Below, piece by piece: positions 7,686 to 15,060 of a stretch of 20,000 bases of DNA. This stretch comes from an uncultured virus (IMG/VR IMGVR_UViG_3300037419_001523) (taxonomy: Duplodnaviria > Heunggongvirae > Uroviricota > Caudoviricetes). The stretch is from the IMG/VR virus record IMGVR_UViG_3300037419_001523. The stretch is one strand, 5' to 3'. The notes below the pieces were generated by a model that saw only the letters and a list, made by a program, of their open reading frames with translations, did no database searches and was not told where the DNA came from. The translations under genes were made by a program, and so were the position numbers. Positions within the stretch are counted from its first letter, which is position 1. Every line of letters starts with the position of its first letter.

Positions 7686-8819
7686 TTAAGCACATAATAC
7701 ATTTATAATATAATCATTTTCACCCATTTTTTTAAGTTCCATAATTGGTAATAGTTTGTAAAACTTTTCTCCTGCTTTGATGAAATATTCAACAGATTTA
7801 TAAAAATAGGATTTTTCTTGAAACAATAAACCCCGATAAAACATATTAAATGCCTTTCCATGAACGCTTAATTCATCAAAATTAATTTTGTTCAATGTTT
7901 TCTCAGCCATTCCTTTATTGCCTGATTTAATATAGTAAAAAAGTTCGTTACTCGCTGTTCCATCACTATTAAAATTTTCTAACCTATCCCATAATAAAGA
8001 AGTGAAGTTAATACTTTGTTTAATTTCATACTCAGACTTGATTGTTTTACATTCCAACGCTTTGTTAAAATAAAACATAGCTTTATCGTAATTTTTAGTC
8101 ATATACGAGTTTCCGACTTGTAAATAAACCATTGTTTTTGTAGGATCAGGAGCATTTTCAATCTGGAATAAACTTTCAATGAGTTTTCCAATCTCATCAG
8201 TGTGTAAATTAACGTCTACTTTCATTCGAAAAACTCGCCCTGTATAAGAATTTCTAATAAATTTATTCTTTATGGATTCGATTTCTTTTTCAATGTCTTC
8301 AATTCCGTAATTAATCATATTAATGTTTCTCATCATATAGTAGGAATAAATAATCCCAATTTTTGCAAATGTTCTAATTTCGATTTTACAATGAATAAAA
8401 GCATTGAGTGACTTAATTCCCTCTAATGGACTTATTTCTTTTGTTTGTACTTGTCTATGGATATCATAAACCGCTGCAAATTCTTCTGACTCCTTTTTAT
8501 CACTTTCTTTTAATCTATCAGTTATTATTTTCACCAAATCATATTTATAGTATAATGTTGCATATTCCAGTAGCATTTTAAGAGTCATTTTTTTAGGGTC
8601 TAGTTCATTGGCATACTCAACAAGTAACTCGTAACTAGTTTCAGGGAATAATTTCTCAATTACTTTTACAAATCCATCTAGTTTTTCAATATCTCGATTC
8701 TCTGTCAATGTTCGTTTGAAATTGCCACCATTTGAATATCCAGCTATTTCACCGAGTTCATTTTGAAATCCTCTAGGATTCTTTTCTAATTGATCAAGAA
8801 TTTTTTTGTAAACCTTCAT
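7686..8819 (-). CDS. aimR: Arbitrium receptor AimR (N-terminal HTH plus TPR domain, RRNPP family)
   Basis: Resembles SPbeta AimR (…YELLVEYANELD…LEYA…; C-terminal FYKSVEYFIKAGEKFYKLLPIMELKKMGEN). ORF track starts at GTG 8828; ATG 8819 fits RBS AAAAGGGTGA better. Confidence 0.92.
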   Translation of the reverse strand: MKVYKKILDQLEKNPRGFQNELGEIAGYSNGGNFKRTLTENRDIEKLDGFVKVIEKLFPETSYELLVEYANELDPKKMTLKMLLEYATLYYKYDLVKIITDRLKESDKKESEEFAAVYDIHRQVQTKEISPLEGIKSLNAFIHCKIEIRTFAKIGIIYSYYMMRNINMINYGIEDIEKEIESIKNKFIRNSYTGRVFRMKVDVNLHTDEIGKLIESLFQIENAPDPTKTMVYLQVGNSYMTKNYDKAMFYFNKALECKTIKSEYEIKQSINFTSLLWDRLENFNSDGTASNELFYYIKSGNKGMAEKTLNKINFDELSVHGKAFNMFYRGLLFQEKSYFYKSVEYFIKAGEKFYKLLPIMELKKMGENDYIINVLCA

Positions 8820-8852
8820 TAATTTCACCCTTTTTAATTACTTGTTACTGTA

Positions 8853-8881
8853 ATTATACCAAGGTTATCCAATTTTGTAAA
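8853..8881 (-). promoter_or_regulatory. sigmaA promoter of aimR
   Basis: TTTACA-17 bp-TATAAT with extended TGn. Confidence 0.75.
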
Positions 8882-8920
8882 TACTTATTTAATTATTTTT
8901 GTTTGAATTGTTGTATTTTC

Positions 8921-9148
8921 TTAGAAGTGTGATCTTGATACTTTGCAGGAATATGAGATGAGGTTATTATCTTGAATGAGTATTTTCACTGAATCGCCAA
9001 ATTCTTGTTTAAGTTGCTTCCATACACTTAATTTTTCTTTTTTATTTTTAAAGGAGATATATCCAGAAACAACATTAATATTATTTTCATCCATTAAATC
9101 ATATATTCCCTCTTTTGTTCTATAAACTGTACGGTCAGAAACAAACAT
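8921..9148 (-). CDS. Hypothetical phage protein (75 aa)
   Basis: ORF track; RBS AAGGAGAGG. Confidence 0.75.
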   Translation of the reverse strand: MFVSDRTVYRTKEGIYDLMDENNINVVSGYISFKNKKEKLSVWKQLKQEFGDSVKILIQDNNLISYSCKVSRSHF

Positions 9149-9212
9149 GCTAATCCTCTCCTTTTAATTATATTTGTTTATGTAGCCCTGCTACAGATAA
9201 TTTGCAGCAGGA

Positions 9213-9440
9213 TTAACTGTAAAATGCGCCCATAACCCTATTAATTTTCTTTAATGAATATTCAGGGTTATCTTTTAAAATTGCATATAAAAATTTATGT
9301 TTTCTAAGTTCCTCAAGTATTTTTAATTCTTCTGGTGTAGGTATTTCTGTTTTATAATCCGTATTCGATTCATTTTTCATCTCATCAATTATTCTAGGAA
9401 TAGATTTTTTCATAAGCTGTGCAATGTCTATGCTGATCAA
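9213..9440 (-). CDS. Hypothetical phage protein (75 aa)
   Basis: ORF track; RBS AAAGGAG, TTG start. Confidence 0.75.
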   Translation of the reverse strand: MISIDIAQLMKKSIPRIIDEMKNESNTDYKTEIPTPEELKILEELRKHKFLYAILKDNPEYSLKKINRVMGAFYS

Positions 9441-9459
9441 TTTTTTTACTCCTTTAACT

Positions 9460-9624
9460 TCAATTTTTTATTGCTAAAAAATATTCTATGTTTTCTCTTT
9501 TTAAAAAACCGACAACAATTCCTTTATCTTTTTCAAAAGAAATAAAATCATCTTTATAATAAACTATATCAACATTTTCTAATACAAATTTATCTTCATT
9601 AACAATTTTTACTATATAATTCAT
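9460..9624 (-). CDS. Hypothetical phage protein (~54 aa)
   Basis: ORF track 9460..9708; start moved to ATG 9624 (RBS AAAGGGAG) because the upstream part overlaps another ORF and a junction site. Confidence 0.7.
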   Translation of the reverse strand: MNYIVKIVNEDKFVLENVDIVYYKDDFISFEKDKGIVVGFLKRENIEYFLAIKN

Positions 9625-9655
9625 AATTGCATCTCCCTTTAAAACTAAGATTTTG

Positions 9656-9808
9656 TTAGGAATATTTCTCAATAAACTCCTGATAAATTCGTTCTCTAAT
9701 TTCTTCATATTCCTTAAATGTAAGTGTCTCAGCCATAACCATTTTAATATATGGCATCAAAGTCGCTTGAATTTCTGACCAACGATCAAAAGGTATTCCC
9801 TTTCCCAT
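9656..9808 (-). CDS. Small hypothetical protein (50 aa)
   Basis: RBS GGAGGGGG; MGKGIPFDRWSEIQATLMPYIKMVMAETLTFKEYEEIRERIYQEFIEKYS. Confidence 0.7.
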   Translation of the reverse strand: MGKGIPFDRWSEIQATLMPYIKMVMAETLTFKEYEEIRERIYQEFIEKYS

Positions 9809-9836
9809 AATTTCCCCCTCCAAATGAAACAATCCT

Positions 9837-10010
9837 TTATTTGCTTTTATCTAATGTTTCAATAAATTTCTTCACACCTGCATTGTCCGTTAACCATTTA
9901 CTATCCTTTTGTAGACCCTTGAGAATATTGGCTATTTCAGATGTATCTCCAGAAAATAAAGCATCATCAATCTTTTTCTTAGTTTCTACATATTTTTTAC
10001 CTTCTGACAC
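9837..10010 (-). CDS. Small hypothetical protein (57 aa)
   Basis: RBS AGGGGAGG + GTG; MSEGKKYVETKKKIDDALFSGDTSEIANILKGLQKDSKWLTDNAGVKKFIETLDKSK. Confidence 0.75.
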   Translation of the reverse strand: MSEGKKYVETKKKIDDALFSGDTSEIANILKGLQKDSKWLTDNAGVKKFIETLDKSK

Positions 10011-10040
10011 CTTAAAACCTCCCCTATTAAAAAATTTCTT

Positions 10041-10262
10041 TCATTCTTCCTCTTTCGGAATAAAGGTTACTTCCCCTTCTTTCCAAGTGAACCTGTCACT
10101 TCTTCCCTCAAATAATGCCATCAATTGTTGGTACAATTTTGTATTAACAGGGACATTTGCAAAGATATTTAATTCCTTATTGGCTAGAGAAATTCCACCT
10201 TTTCCATTAAGGATGATCCTCATTTCAGCTTGAATACTTTTACCTTGCTGCTTATCAGTCAT
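10041..10262 (-). CDS. Hypothetical phage protein (73 aa)
   Basis: ORF track; RBS AGGGGG; junction sites on both sides. Confidence 0.8.
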   Translation of the reverse strand: MTDKQQGKSIQAEMRIILNGKGGISLANKELNIFANVPVNTKLYQQLMALFEGRSDRFTWKEGEVTFIPKEEE

Positions 10263-10302
10263 TTAACTTCCCCCTATAATTCAAATGAAATGATTATTTT
10301 AC

Positions 10303-10566
10303 CTACTTCCAGTATTCATTATTGAAATGCTTTTTACCATACTCTTTTAATGCTTGAAGTTTCGCAATCATTTCATCTATATCACATATATGAATATATT
10401 GATGATTCTCACCAGTTGTATCTTCACTAGGCTTATAGCCATTCATACCCATTCTAAGATCAATACAACCGTCCCACTTCAATGTAACTTCGTCATACCC
10501 ATACTCTTCATCTTCTAATACAACATTTCTGCTTCCTTCATATTCTTTTACTTTTTTAAAAATCAT
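10303..10566 (-). CDS. Hypothetical phage protein (87 aa)
   Basis: ORF track; RBS AAGGGG; junction sites on both sides. Confidence 0.8.
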   Translation of the reverse strand: MIFKKVKEYEGSRNVVLEDEEYGYDEVTLKWDGCIDLRMGMNGYKPSEDTTGENHQYIHICDIDEMIAKLQALKEYGKKHFNNEYWK

Positions 10567-10591
10567 ATAAAATCCCCTTAAAATACTAGTT

Positions 10592-10783
10592 TTATTTTTC
10601 CTTCTTTTTCAATTGATCAATGCTATAAGTTCTAACTTCTCCACTAAGTTTTTCTAATTCCTCTTTAGTTAATTTTTCAGATTCAAAAGTTACATCTGGA
10701 GAACGATATTGATAAATTTGATGTCCTCTCCAACGTTCTCCATTTGTTCCGGCAGTCTTTCTTCCAGCTTTTCTAACTGACAT
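10592..10783 (-). CDS. Hypothetical phage protein (63 aa)
   Basis: ORF track; RBS AAAGGGG. Confidence 0.75.
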   Translation of the reverse strand: MSVRKAGRKTAGTNGERWRGHQIYQYRSPDVTFESEKLTKEELEKLSGEVRTYSIDQLKKKEK

Positions 10784-10800
10784 GTTATAATCCCCTTTAA

Positions 10801-10998
10801 TTACCGTTTTAACAAATTATAGCACATCTGCTTTAATGTGATATCTCCTGATTCAATTTCTTCTATTGCTTCATCTACAGTTAAATTCCCAAAATAACCA
10901 TCAGCCACAAAATCAAGAAAACATTCTTCTAATAACTTTTCAGTTGGTTCTCCTTCATATCCACAATGATCCAATACACGTTGAATAAGTTCCTTCAT
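10801..10998 (-). CDS. Hypothetical acidic phage protein (~65 aa)
   Basis: ORF track to 11007; ATG 10998 fits RBS GAGGTGA. Confidence 0.75.
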   Translation of the reverse strand: MKELIQRVLDHCGYEGEPTEKLLEECFLDFVADGYFGNLTVDEAIEEIESGDITLKQMCYNLLKR

Positions 10999-11028
10999 TT
11001 GTATCACCTCACTTATTTTGTTATCTTA

Positions 11029-11057
11029 ATTATATCAATTTATTTATCTTTATGCAA
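11029..11057 (-). promoter_or_regulatory. sigmaA promoter
   Basis: TTGCAT-17 bp-TATAAT with extended TGn. Confidence 0.7.
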
Positions 11058-11082
11058 GAAAAATTTACTAATTTATGTAAAG

Positions 11083-11104
11083 AAAAAAGCCATTAAGGCT
11101 CTTT
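11083..11104 (-). terminator. Intrinsic terminator
   Basis: AGAGCC-TTAAT-GGCTTTTTT on the - strand. Confidence 0.7.
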
Positions 11105-11116
11105 CCTGAATTACAG

Positions 11117-11557
11117 TTATTTCAATGGATCACTTGTAATAGAGGTAATTTTATAACTTGCCGCACCTTCTTGATACAAATCTAATTTCAATTTAAATGT
11201 TTGACCAGCTTTAACATCTGTAATGTTAGTAATGTTGTTTCCTAGTTTCGTTCCGTCTTTGTCAAATACATCTGCACTTAGTTGAATATAATCAAAGTCT
11301 TCTTTAGTGTCATTGGTCAATGTGTATGCCACTGTATGATTAAATTCGTCCTTAGTTTCTACTGGTTTAGGTGCTTTATCTAACATAGCCTGAAGTAAAG
11401 CATCTTTATTTTCTGTTTTCTTTTCTTCCTGTTTAATTGTTTTATCCACTGATTCAACTGCTTTTCCTGCTGTGAACAATGTTAATGCAATTCCTCCAGC
11501 AACCAATAAAAACCCTGCAATAACTACACCAATAATAATTTTAAAAACTGTTTTCAT
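11117..11557 (-). CDS. Membrane-anchored FxLYD-domain-like protein
   Basis: N-terminal TM helix; C-terminal LTNDTKEDFDYIQLSADVFDKDGTKLG...VKAGQTFK beta-sandwich pattern. Confidence 0.75.
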   Translation of the reverse strand: MKTVFKIIIGVVIAGFLLVAGGIALTLFTAGKAVESVDKTIKQEEKKTENKDALLQAMLDKAPKPVETKDEFNHTVAYTLTNDTKEDFDYIQLSADVFDKDGTKLGNNITNITDVKAGQTFKLKLDLYQEGAASYKITSITSDPLK

Positions 11558-11607
11558 TTACCCATCTCTCCCTTTTTGTTTGATTAATTTATATTTGAAT
11601 TACATTA

Positions 11608-11859
11608 CTACCATAAGATAAATATTGAATTTGAAGTTTCATTTATTTTATAACCTAAGTCTTTTAGATTGGTAATTAAATGATCTTTCTTTGCTTGATT
11701 TCCATCATACACAACAGAATCAAGTTCTATTTGATTAATTCCATTTAACGAATTATCTAAAATCATTTCAAACAACTCATATTTATACTTGATGAACCAA
11801 TTTTCCGCATTAATTTTTTCCCTGTTATCATATATCCTTCTAGCTTCTTCTGCTGTCAT
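11608..11859 (-). CDS. Hypothetical phage protein (~83 aa)
   Basis: ORF track to 11868; ATG 11859 fits RBS AAAAGGAG. Confidence 0.75.
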   Translation of the reverse strand: MTAEEARRIYDNREKINAENWFIKYKYELFEMILDNSLNGINQIELDSVVYDGNQAKKDHLITNLKDLGYKINETSNSIFILW

Positions 11860-11898
11860 TGTGATCATCTCCTTTTGAAACTTTTATTTTATTTTGTA

Positions 11899-12387
11899 TT
11901 AGCACCATTCAAGTTTATATGTTCCGTTTTCCAATTTTTCTTTCTTTTCTAGGAGATATTTCAATTCTGATTCAAGACTTCTGATTTTATCGTCAATTTC
12001 TTCAATGATTAAACTTTTACTTTTGGATGCGTCAATACTAACAAAATATTTCGGATATGACCAACCACCACTATCTATAGCCACCCTATAAGGATTTTCG
12101 TATTGATTGACTTCATCTTTCCTGACACTTTTAACTTTATCCCTCTCAAAAACTAATTCAAATTCGTCTATATTTTCATCCGTTAATGGAATATAAACGC
12201 TATCACCAGAACTCCAATAAGTATCTCTCATGAAATAATTACCTTCATGGTTCATATATACATCAAAAGTCCAGTTACAACAGTGATACAAATTATTTTC
12301 AAACAATTTCCCTCTGTATTTGACATTAGGTTTACAAGTGTATAAACCATTCATTTTTAACTTCTCAATATTATAATCAGATAGCAA
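11899..12387 (-). CDS. Hypothetical phage protein (162 aa) with C-terminal coiled coil
   Basis: ORF track; RBS AAGGAGG, TTG start. Confidence 0.8.
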   Translation of the reverse strand: MLSDYNIEKLKMNGLYTCKPNVKYRGKLFENNLYHCCNWTFDVYMNHEGNYFMRDTYWSSGDSVYIPLTDENIDEFELVFERDKVKSVRKDEVNQYENPYRVAIDSGGWSYPKYFVSIDASKSKSLIIEEIDDKIRSLESELKYLLEKKEKLENGTYKLEWC

Positions 12388-12416
12388 TTTTCTTTCCTCC
12401 TTTTGAAATGTTCTTT

Positions 12417-12719
12417 TTATAGTGTAATTGGTTTTGGTTTAATCTGCTGCCAAGCCTCTAATAATGCTTCATTAATCAATTCTACCGGACATACTTCTAA
12501 CATTTTATTTAATTCATATTTTCTTCTATCTTCCATGCTTAGTTTTCTATAAGAATAATCATTTGTCATACTTGATCCACATGTATAAGTAAATTTACGC
12601 TTTCCTTTTGGTTTAACTCCTATATCCTCTAATATAAATTCTCTTTCTGAAATTCTTATCCTTAATTCTAATTTTGTTCCATCTTCCCTGACTTTCTCTA
12701 TCCAAAATTGATTATTCAT
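12417..12719 (-). CDS. Hypothetical phage protein (100 aa)
   Basis: ORF track; RBS AAGGGG. Confidence 0.8.
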   Translation of the reverse strand: MNNQFWIEKVREDGTKLELRIRISEREFILEDIGVKPKGKRKFTYTCGSSMTNDYSYRKLSMEDRRKYELNKMLEVCPVELINEALLEAWQQIKPKPITL

Positions 12720-12745
12720 TTCTAGTTCCCCTTAAAAGATATTTT

Positions 12746-12856
12746 TCATTCTAATTCTACTTTACATGAACCTCCGCATACTTCACACAAAAATGTTCCT
12801 GTTCCGTCATCATTTGGATCAATACCTTGACCTCCACAGTTTTCACATTCTTTCAT
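12746..12856 (-). CDS. Mini DnaJ-type zinc-finger protein (36 aa)
   Basis: RBS GAGGTGA; MKECENCGGQGIDPNDDGTGTFLCEVCGGSCKVELE. Confidence 0.75.
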   Translation of the reverse strand: MKECENCGGQGIDPNDDGTGTFLCEVCGGSCKVELE

Positions 12857-12881
12857 CTATTCACCTCACAATTTCGTTTGA

Positions 12882-13001
12882 TTAATTATTTTCTCCAAAA
12901 AATTCATTTACTGTGTCTTTATTAATCCCAATCGCTTTAAATACAACTCCTACAACAATGAAAGCAGTAATTGCCCATCCAAGAAAACCTATGTAACCCA
13001 T
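12882..13001 (-). CDS. Small single-TM protein (39 aa)
   Basis: RBS AAGGGGGG; MGYIGFLGWAITAFIVVGVVFKAIGINKDTVNEFFGENN. Confidence 0.7.
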   Translation of the reverse strand: MGYIGFLGWAITAFIVVGVVFKAIGINKDTVNEFFGENN

Positions 13002-13015
13002 ATTATTTAACCCCC

Positions 13016-13177
13016 TTAACCCAATGATTTTTGTAAATCTGAAAATGAAATTTGTAAAATACTTAATAAATGACTTGTGGCTGTTACATATCCTAAATTA
13101 AAATCTTTACTTTCTTCCGAGCATTCGAACATTTTCATTATTTCTTCAGCTTGTGATTTTGTCAGTAGAATGTTTAT
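13016..13177 (-). CDS. Small hypothetical protein; start uncertain (ATA 13177 or ATG 13138)
   Basis: Open frame ...NILLTKSQAEEIMKMFECSEESKDFNLGY...KSLG; RBS GGGAGG is spaced for a non-canonical ATA. Confidence 0.45.
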   Translation of the reverse strand: MNILLTKSQAEEIMKMFECSEESKDFNLGYVTATSHLLSILQISFSDLQKSLG

Positions 13178-13277
13178 TTTAATAACCTCCCATGTTTTAT
13201 TAATTCCAAAAACCTACCGACAACACTGTTATGTAGTGTTAGTATATTTTGTTATAGGCAGGGCTTTAGGAATCAAA

Positions 13278-13490
13278 CTATCTGTACTCAACAAAGGATT
13301 TTAGTGTAAAATAATCGACAAATGGCTCAAATTTTACAGGAACTTCATTATAGGTATATCCTTCTGTTATAATTACGGCAGCATACCCATCATATTGTTT
13401 AACGTTTTCAGCTACTTGGACTATAGTTCCTTCTTTCACGAAGTCCTGTAGATCATTCAATTCACAATCGAACGCAAAGGTTAATTCCAT
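13278..13490 (-). CDS. Hypothetical phage protein (~70 aa)
   Basis: ORF track to 13499; ATG 13490 fits RBS AAAGGAG. Confidence 0.75.
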   Translation of the reverse strand: MELTFAFDCELNDLQDFVKEGTIVQVAENVKQYDGYAAVIITEGYTYNEVPVKFEPFVDYFTLKSFVEYR

Positions 13491-13533
13491 TTGTAACACT
13501 CCTTTGTTTTGTTATAGTTTATTATATGTTAAG

Positions 13534-13692
13534 TTATTTCTTTTTAGAACTAATTTCTTTAACCATCATAGGGACATTGAAAACTTTTTGTAGTTCAGCC
13601 ATTTTCACTCCAGCTAATTCCTTAGTTTCAAACTTTGTATTTACTAAGGTTGTTAAATGTCCGTTTGGTTGAAATGTAAATATTTGATACAT
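13534..13692 (-). CDS. Small hypothetical protein (52 aa)
   Basis: RBS AAGGGGG; MYQIFTFQPNGHLTTLVNTKFETKELAGVKMAELQKVFNVPMMVKEISSKKK. Confidence 0.7.
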   Translation of the reverse strand: MYQIFTFQPNGHLTTLVNTKFETKELAGVKMAELQKVFNVPMMVKEISSKKK

Positions 13693-13723
13693 GTTATTTC
13701 CCCCTTGAAATTGTCATATTAAT

Positions 13724-13864
13724 TCAATTCTTTAAATTTCTTTCAAACAATTCATCACTTATGATCTTTGCTAAATCATGATTGTCTACTGTAAATGCTT
13801 CGAATAATACTACATTCAATTCCTCTTTACTAAGAAACTCAGCCATCAACTTGAAATGTTCCAT
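13724..13864 (-). CDS. Small hypothetical protein (46 aa)
   Basis: RBS AAGGAGGT; MEHFKLMAEFLSKEELNVVLFEAFTVDNHDLAKIISDELFERNLKN. Confidence 0.75.
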   Translation of the reverse strand: MEHFKLMAEFLSKEELNVVLFEAFTVDNHDLAKIISDELFERNLKN

Positions 13865-13896
13865 TCTCGTTTACCTCCTTGTTATCTTATGAGTTA

Positions 13897-13925
13897 ATTA
13901 TAATCGAAAATAAACTAATATACAA
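13897..13925 (-). promoter_or_regulatory. sigmaA promoter
   Basis: TTGTAT-17 bp-TATAAT. Confidence 0.65.
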
Positions 13926-13956
13926 TACTTAAATTGAAAAAAATTCTAATTATTTT

Positions 13957-14148
13957 TTATCCCTCCCTAATCTTTCTAATTAATTCCATAGCTTCATGTA
14001 CCAATGGATCACCGTTTCTTTCGTAAAAATCAATTAATACTTTAATAACATCCTCTTCAGTCTTAACCCTTAAATCTAGTCTAAGTTGCTGAATTTTAAA
14101 TTTAGTATCCTCGTGTACGGCAATTCCAGTTCTTTTGTTATTTGTCAT
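13957..14148 (-). CDS. Putative ribbon-helix-helix DNA-binding protein (63 aa)
   Basis: RTGIAVHEDTKFKIQQL...KTEEDVIKVLIDFY fits the beta-alpha-alpha pattern; RBS AAGGAGG. Confidence 0.65.
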   Translation of the reverse strand: MTNNKRTGIAVHEDTKFKIQQLRLDLRVKTEEDVIKVLIDFYERNGDPLVHEAMELIRKIREG

Positions 14149-14187
14149 TGTATTTTCCTCCTTAAAATTAAAAAATAATAATTTTTA

Positions 14188-14217
14188 TTGTAATTTTATA
14201 ATTATCAAACATATAAT
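14188..14217 (+). promoter_or_regulatory. sigmaA promoter firing antisense into the small hydrophobic ORF
   Basis: TTGTAA-18 bp-TATAAT on the + strand. Confidence 0.55.
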
Positions 14218-14260
14218 ATTAGCAAGGAAAGGAGTTTTACCTCCCTTCCCTGTCCTTCAG

Positions 14261-14350
14261 TTATTTTTTCATTGAGAGGATGGCTGAAACAATCTCAACA
14301 ATGATATGAATAATCTGAAGGACTGCTAATATCACATGTAGCAGTTCCAA
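14261..14350 (-). CDS. Candidate type I toxin (29-aa hydrophobic peptide)
   Basis: RBS GAAAGGAGGT in a small hairpin; TTG start; MELLHVILAVLQIIHIIVEIVSAILSMKK (single TM plus terminal lysines). Confidence 0.65.
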   Translation of the reverse strand: MELLHVILAVLQIIHIIVEIVSAILSMKK

Positions 14351-14436
14351 AAAGGTTAAACCTCCTTTCATCGGATTACTACATTATATGTTGACGTGAT
14401 AACAAAATTGATAAAATATCAACAGAATAAAAAATA

Positions 14437-14462
14437 AAAATCCAGTCTTTTAGGCTGGATTT
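14437..14462. terminator. Bidirectional intrinsic terminator
   Basis: AAATCCAGTC-TTTTA-GGCTGGATTT flanked by A- and T-rich tracts. Confidence 0.7.
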
Positions 14463-14484
14463 CTTTAATGAAAGTTGCATTTTA

Positions 14485-14697
14485 TTAAACTTTTTTCAAA
14501 ACTTCCTCAGCAATACTTTGTAAATACACTTGAAAAGAGATTTCCCCACCATGCATTTCTTTAAATTCAAACCATTTTTCTATAGATGGATTAACAATTT
14601 CTCTTAATGCGTTAAGTAAAAGTTGATTTTCTTCCTCTAAATCACATATAGAGCAACTACGTCTTAAAAATCCATGCTCACAAACATTTTCTAACAT
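14485..14697 (-). CDS. Hypothetical protein (70 aa) with N-terminal CxH...CxxC motif
   Basis: ORF track; CEHGFLRRSCSIC; junction sites on both sides. Confidence 0.8.
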   Translation of the reverse strand: MLENVCEHGFLRRSCSICDLEEENQLLLNALREIVNPSIEKWFEFKEMHGGEISFQVYLQSIAEEVLKKV

Positions 14698-14724
14698 TCT
14701 TTCACCCCTTTTAAAATTCGGTTT

Positions 14725-14949
14725 TTATTGGTTATTATCCAAAAAATTATCTAATTCTTCTCGATCCATTTTCCACAAAGGTTTTTTACCAGTCAAATTA
14801 ACAAATTGTCTTGTATCTAAATTCTCATACCAAAATTCAACATTTGCAGAAAAATCACCCTCATAATTTAAAACATTAATATAAACATCATCGTCCACTT
14901 CTTCTAGTAATTCGATTAATTTCTTTTTAGTTAATAAACCCTCAAACAT
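14725..14949 (-). CDS. Hypothetical phage protein (74 aa)
   Basis: ORF track; RBS AAGGGGG; junction sites on both sides. Confidence 0.8.
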   Translation of the reverse strand: MFEGLLTKKKLIELLEEVDDDVYINVLNYEGDFSANVEFWYENLDTRQFVNLTGKKPLWKMDREELDNFLDNNQ

Positions 14950-15060
14950 TATTCTTCCCCCTTAAATCGTTGTTTTAACCAGTGATATTTCAGGCTTGCT
15001 GTTATATAGAACATGGAAGAAATGAAAGTCTAGTTCATCCCTCCCATGTTGTTATAGTGA

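Larger units (their letters stand above)
9640..10594. repeat. Cluster 2 of TRAAA-N6-TTTYA junction sites (5 copies)
   Basis: Sites start at 9640 (1 mismatch), 9825 (degenerate, N5), 10028, 10286 and 10579. Confidence 0.8.
14224..14465 (+). ncRNA. Candidate type I antitoxin antisense RNA (3' end uncertain)
   Basis: Begins just after the + strand promoter, is complementary to the toxin-like ORF, and could end at the bidirectional terminator 14437-14462. Confidence 0.4.
11876..14977. repeat. Cluster 3 of TRAAA-N6-TTTYA junction sites (7 copies)
   Basis: Sites start at 11876, 12404, 12733, 13706 (1 mismatch), 14469, 14712 and 14962 (1 mismatch). Confidence 0.8.

Noticed and set aside
7000..8920. 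LexA/DinR SOS box (GAAC-N4-GTTC) near the arbitrium genes
   Set aside because: No convincing match found by eye.
9625..9708. N-terminal extension of ORF 9460..9708
   Set aside because: Overlaps a separate 50-aa ORF and a junction site; the ATG at 9624 has a better RBS.
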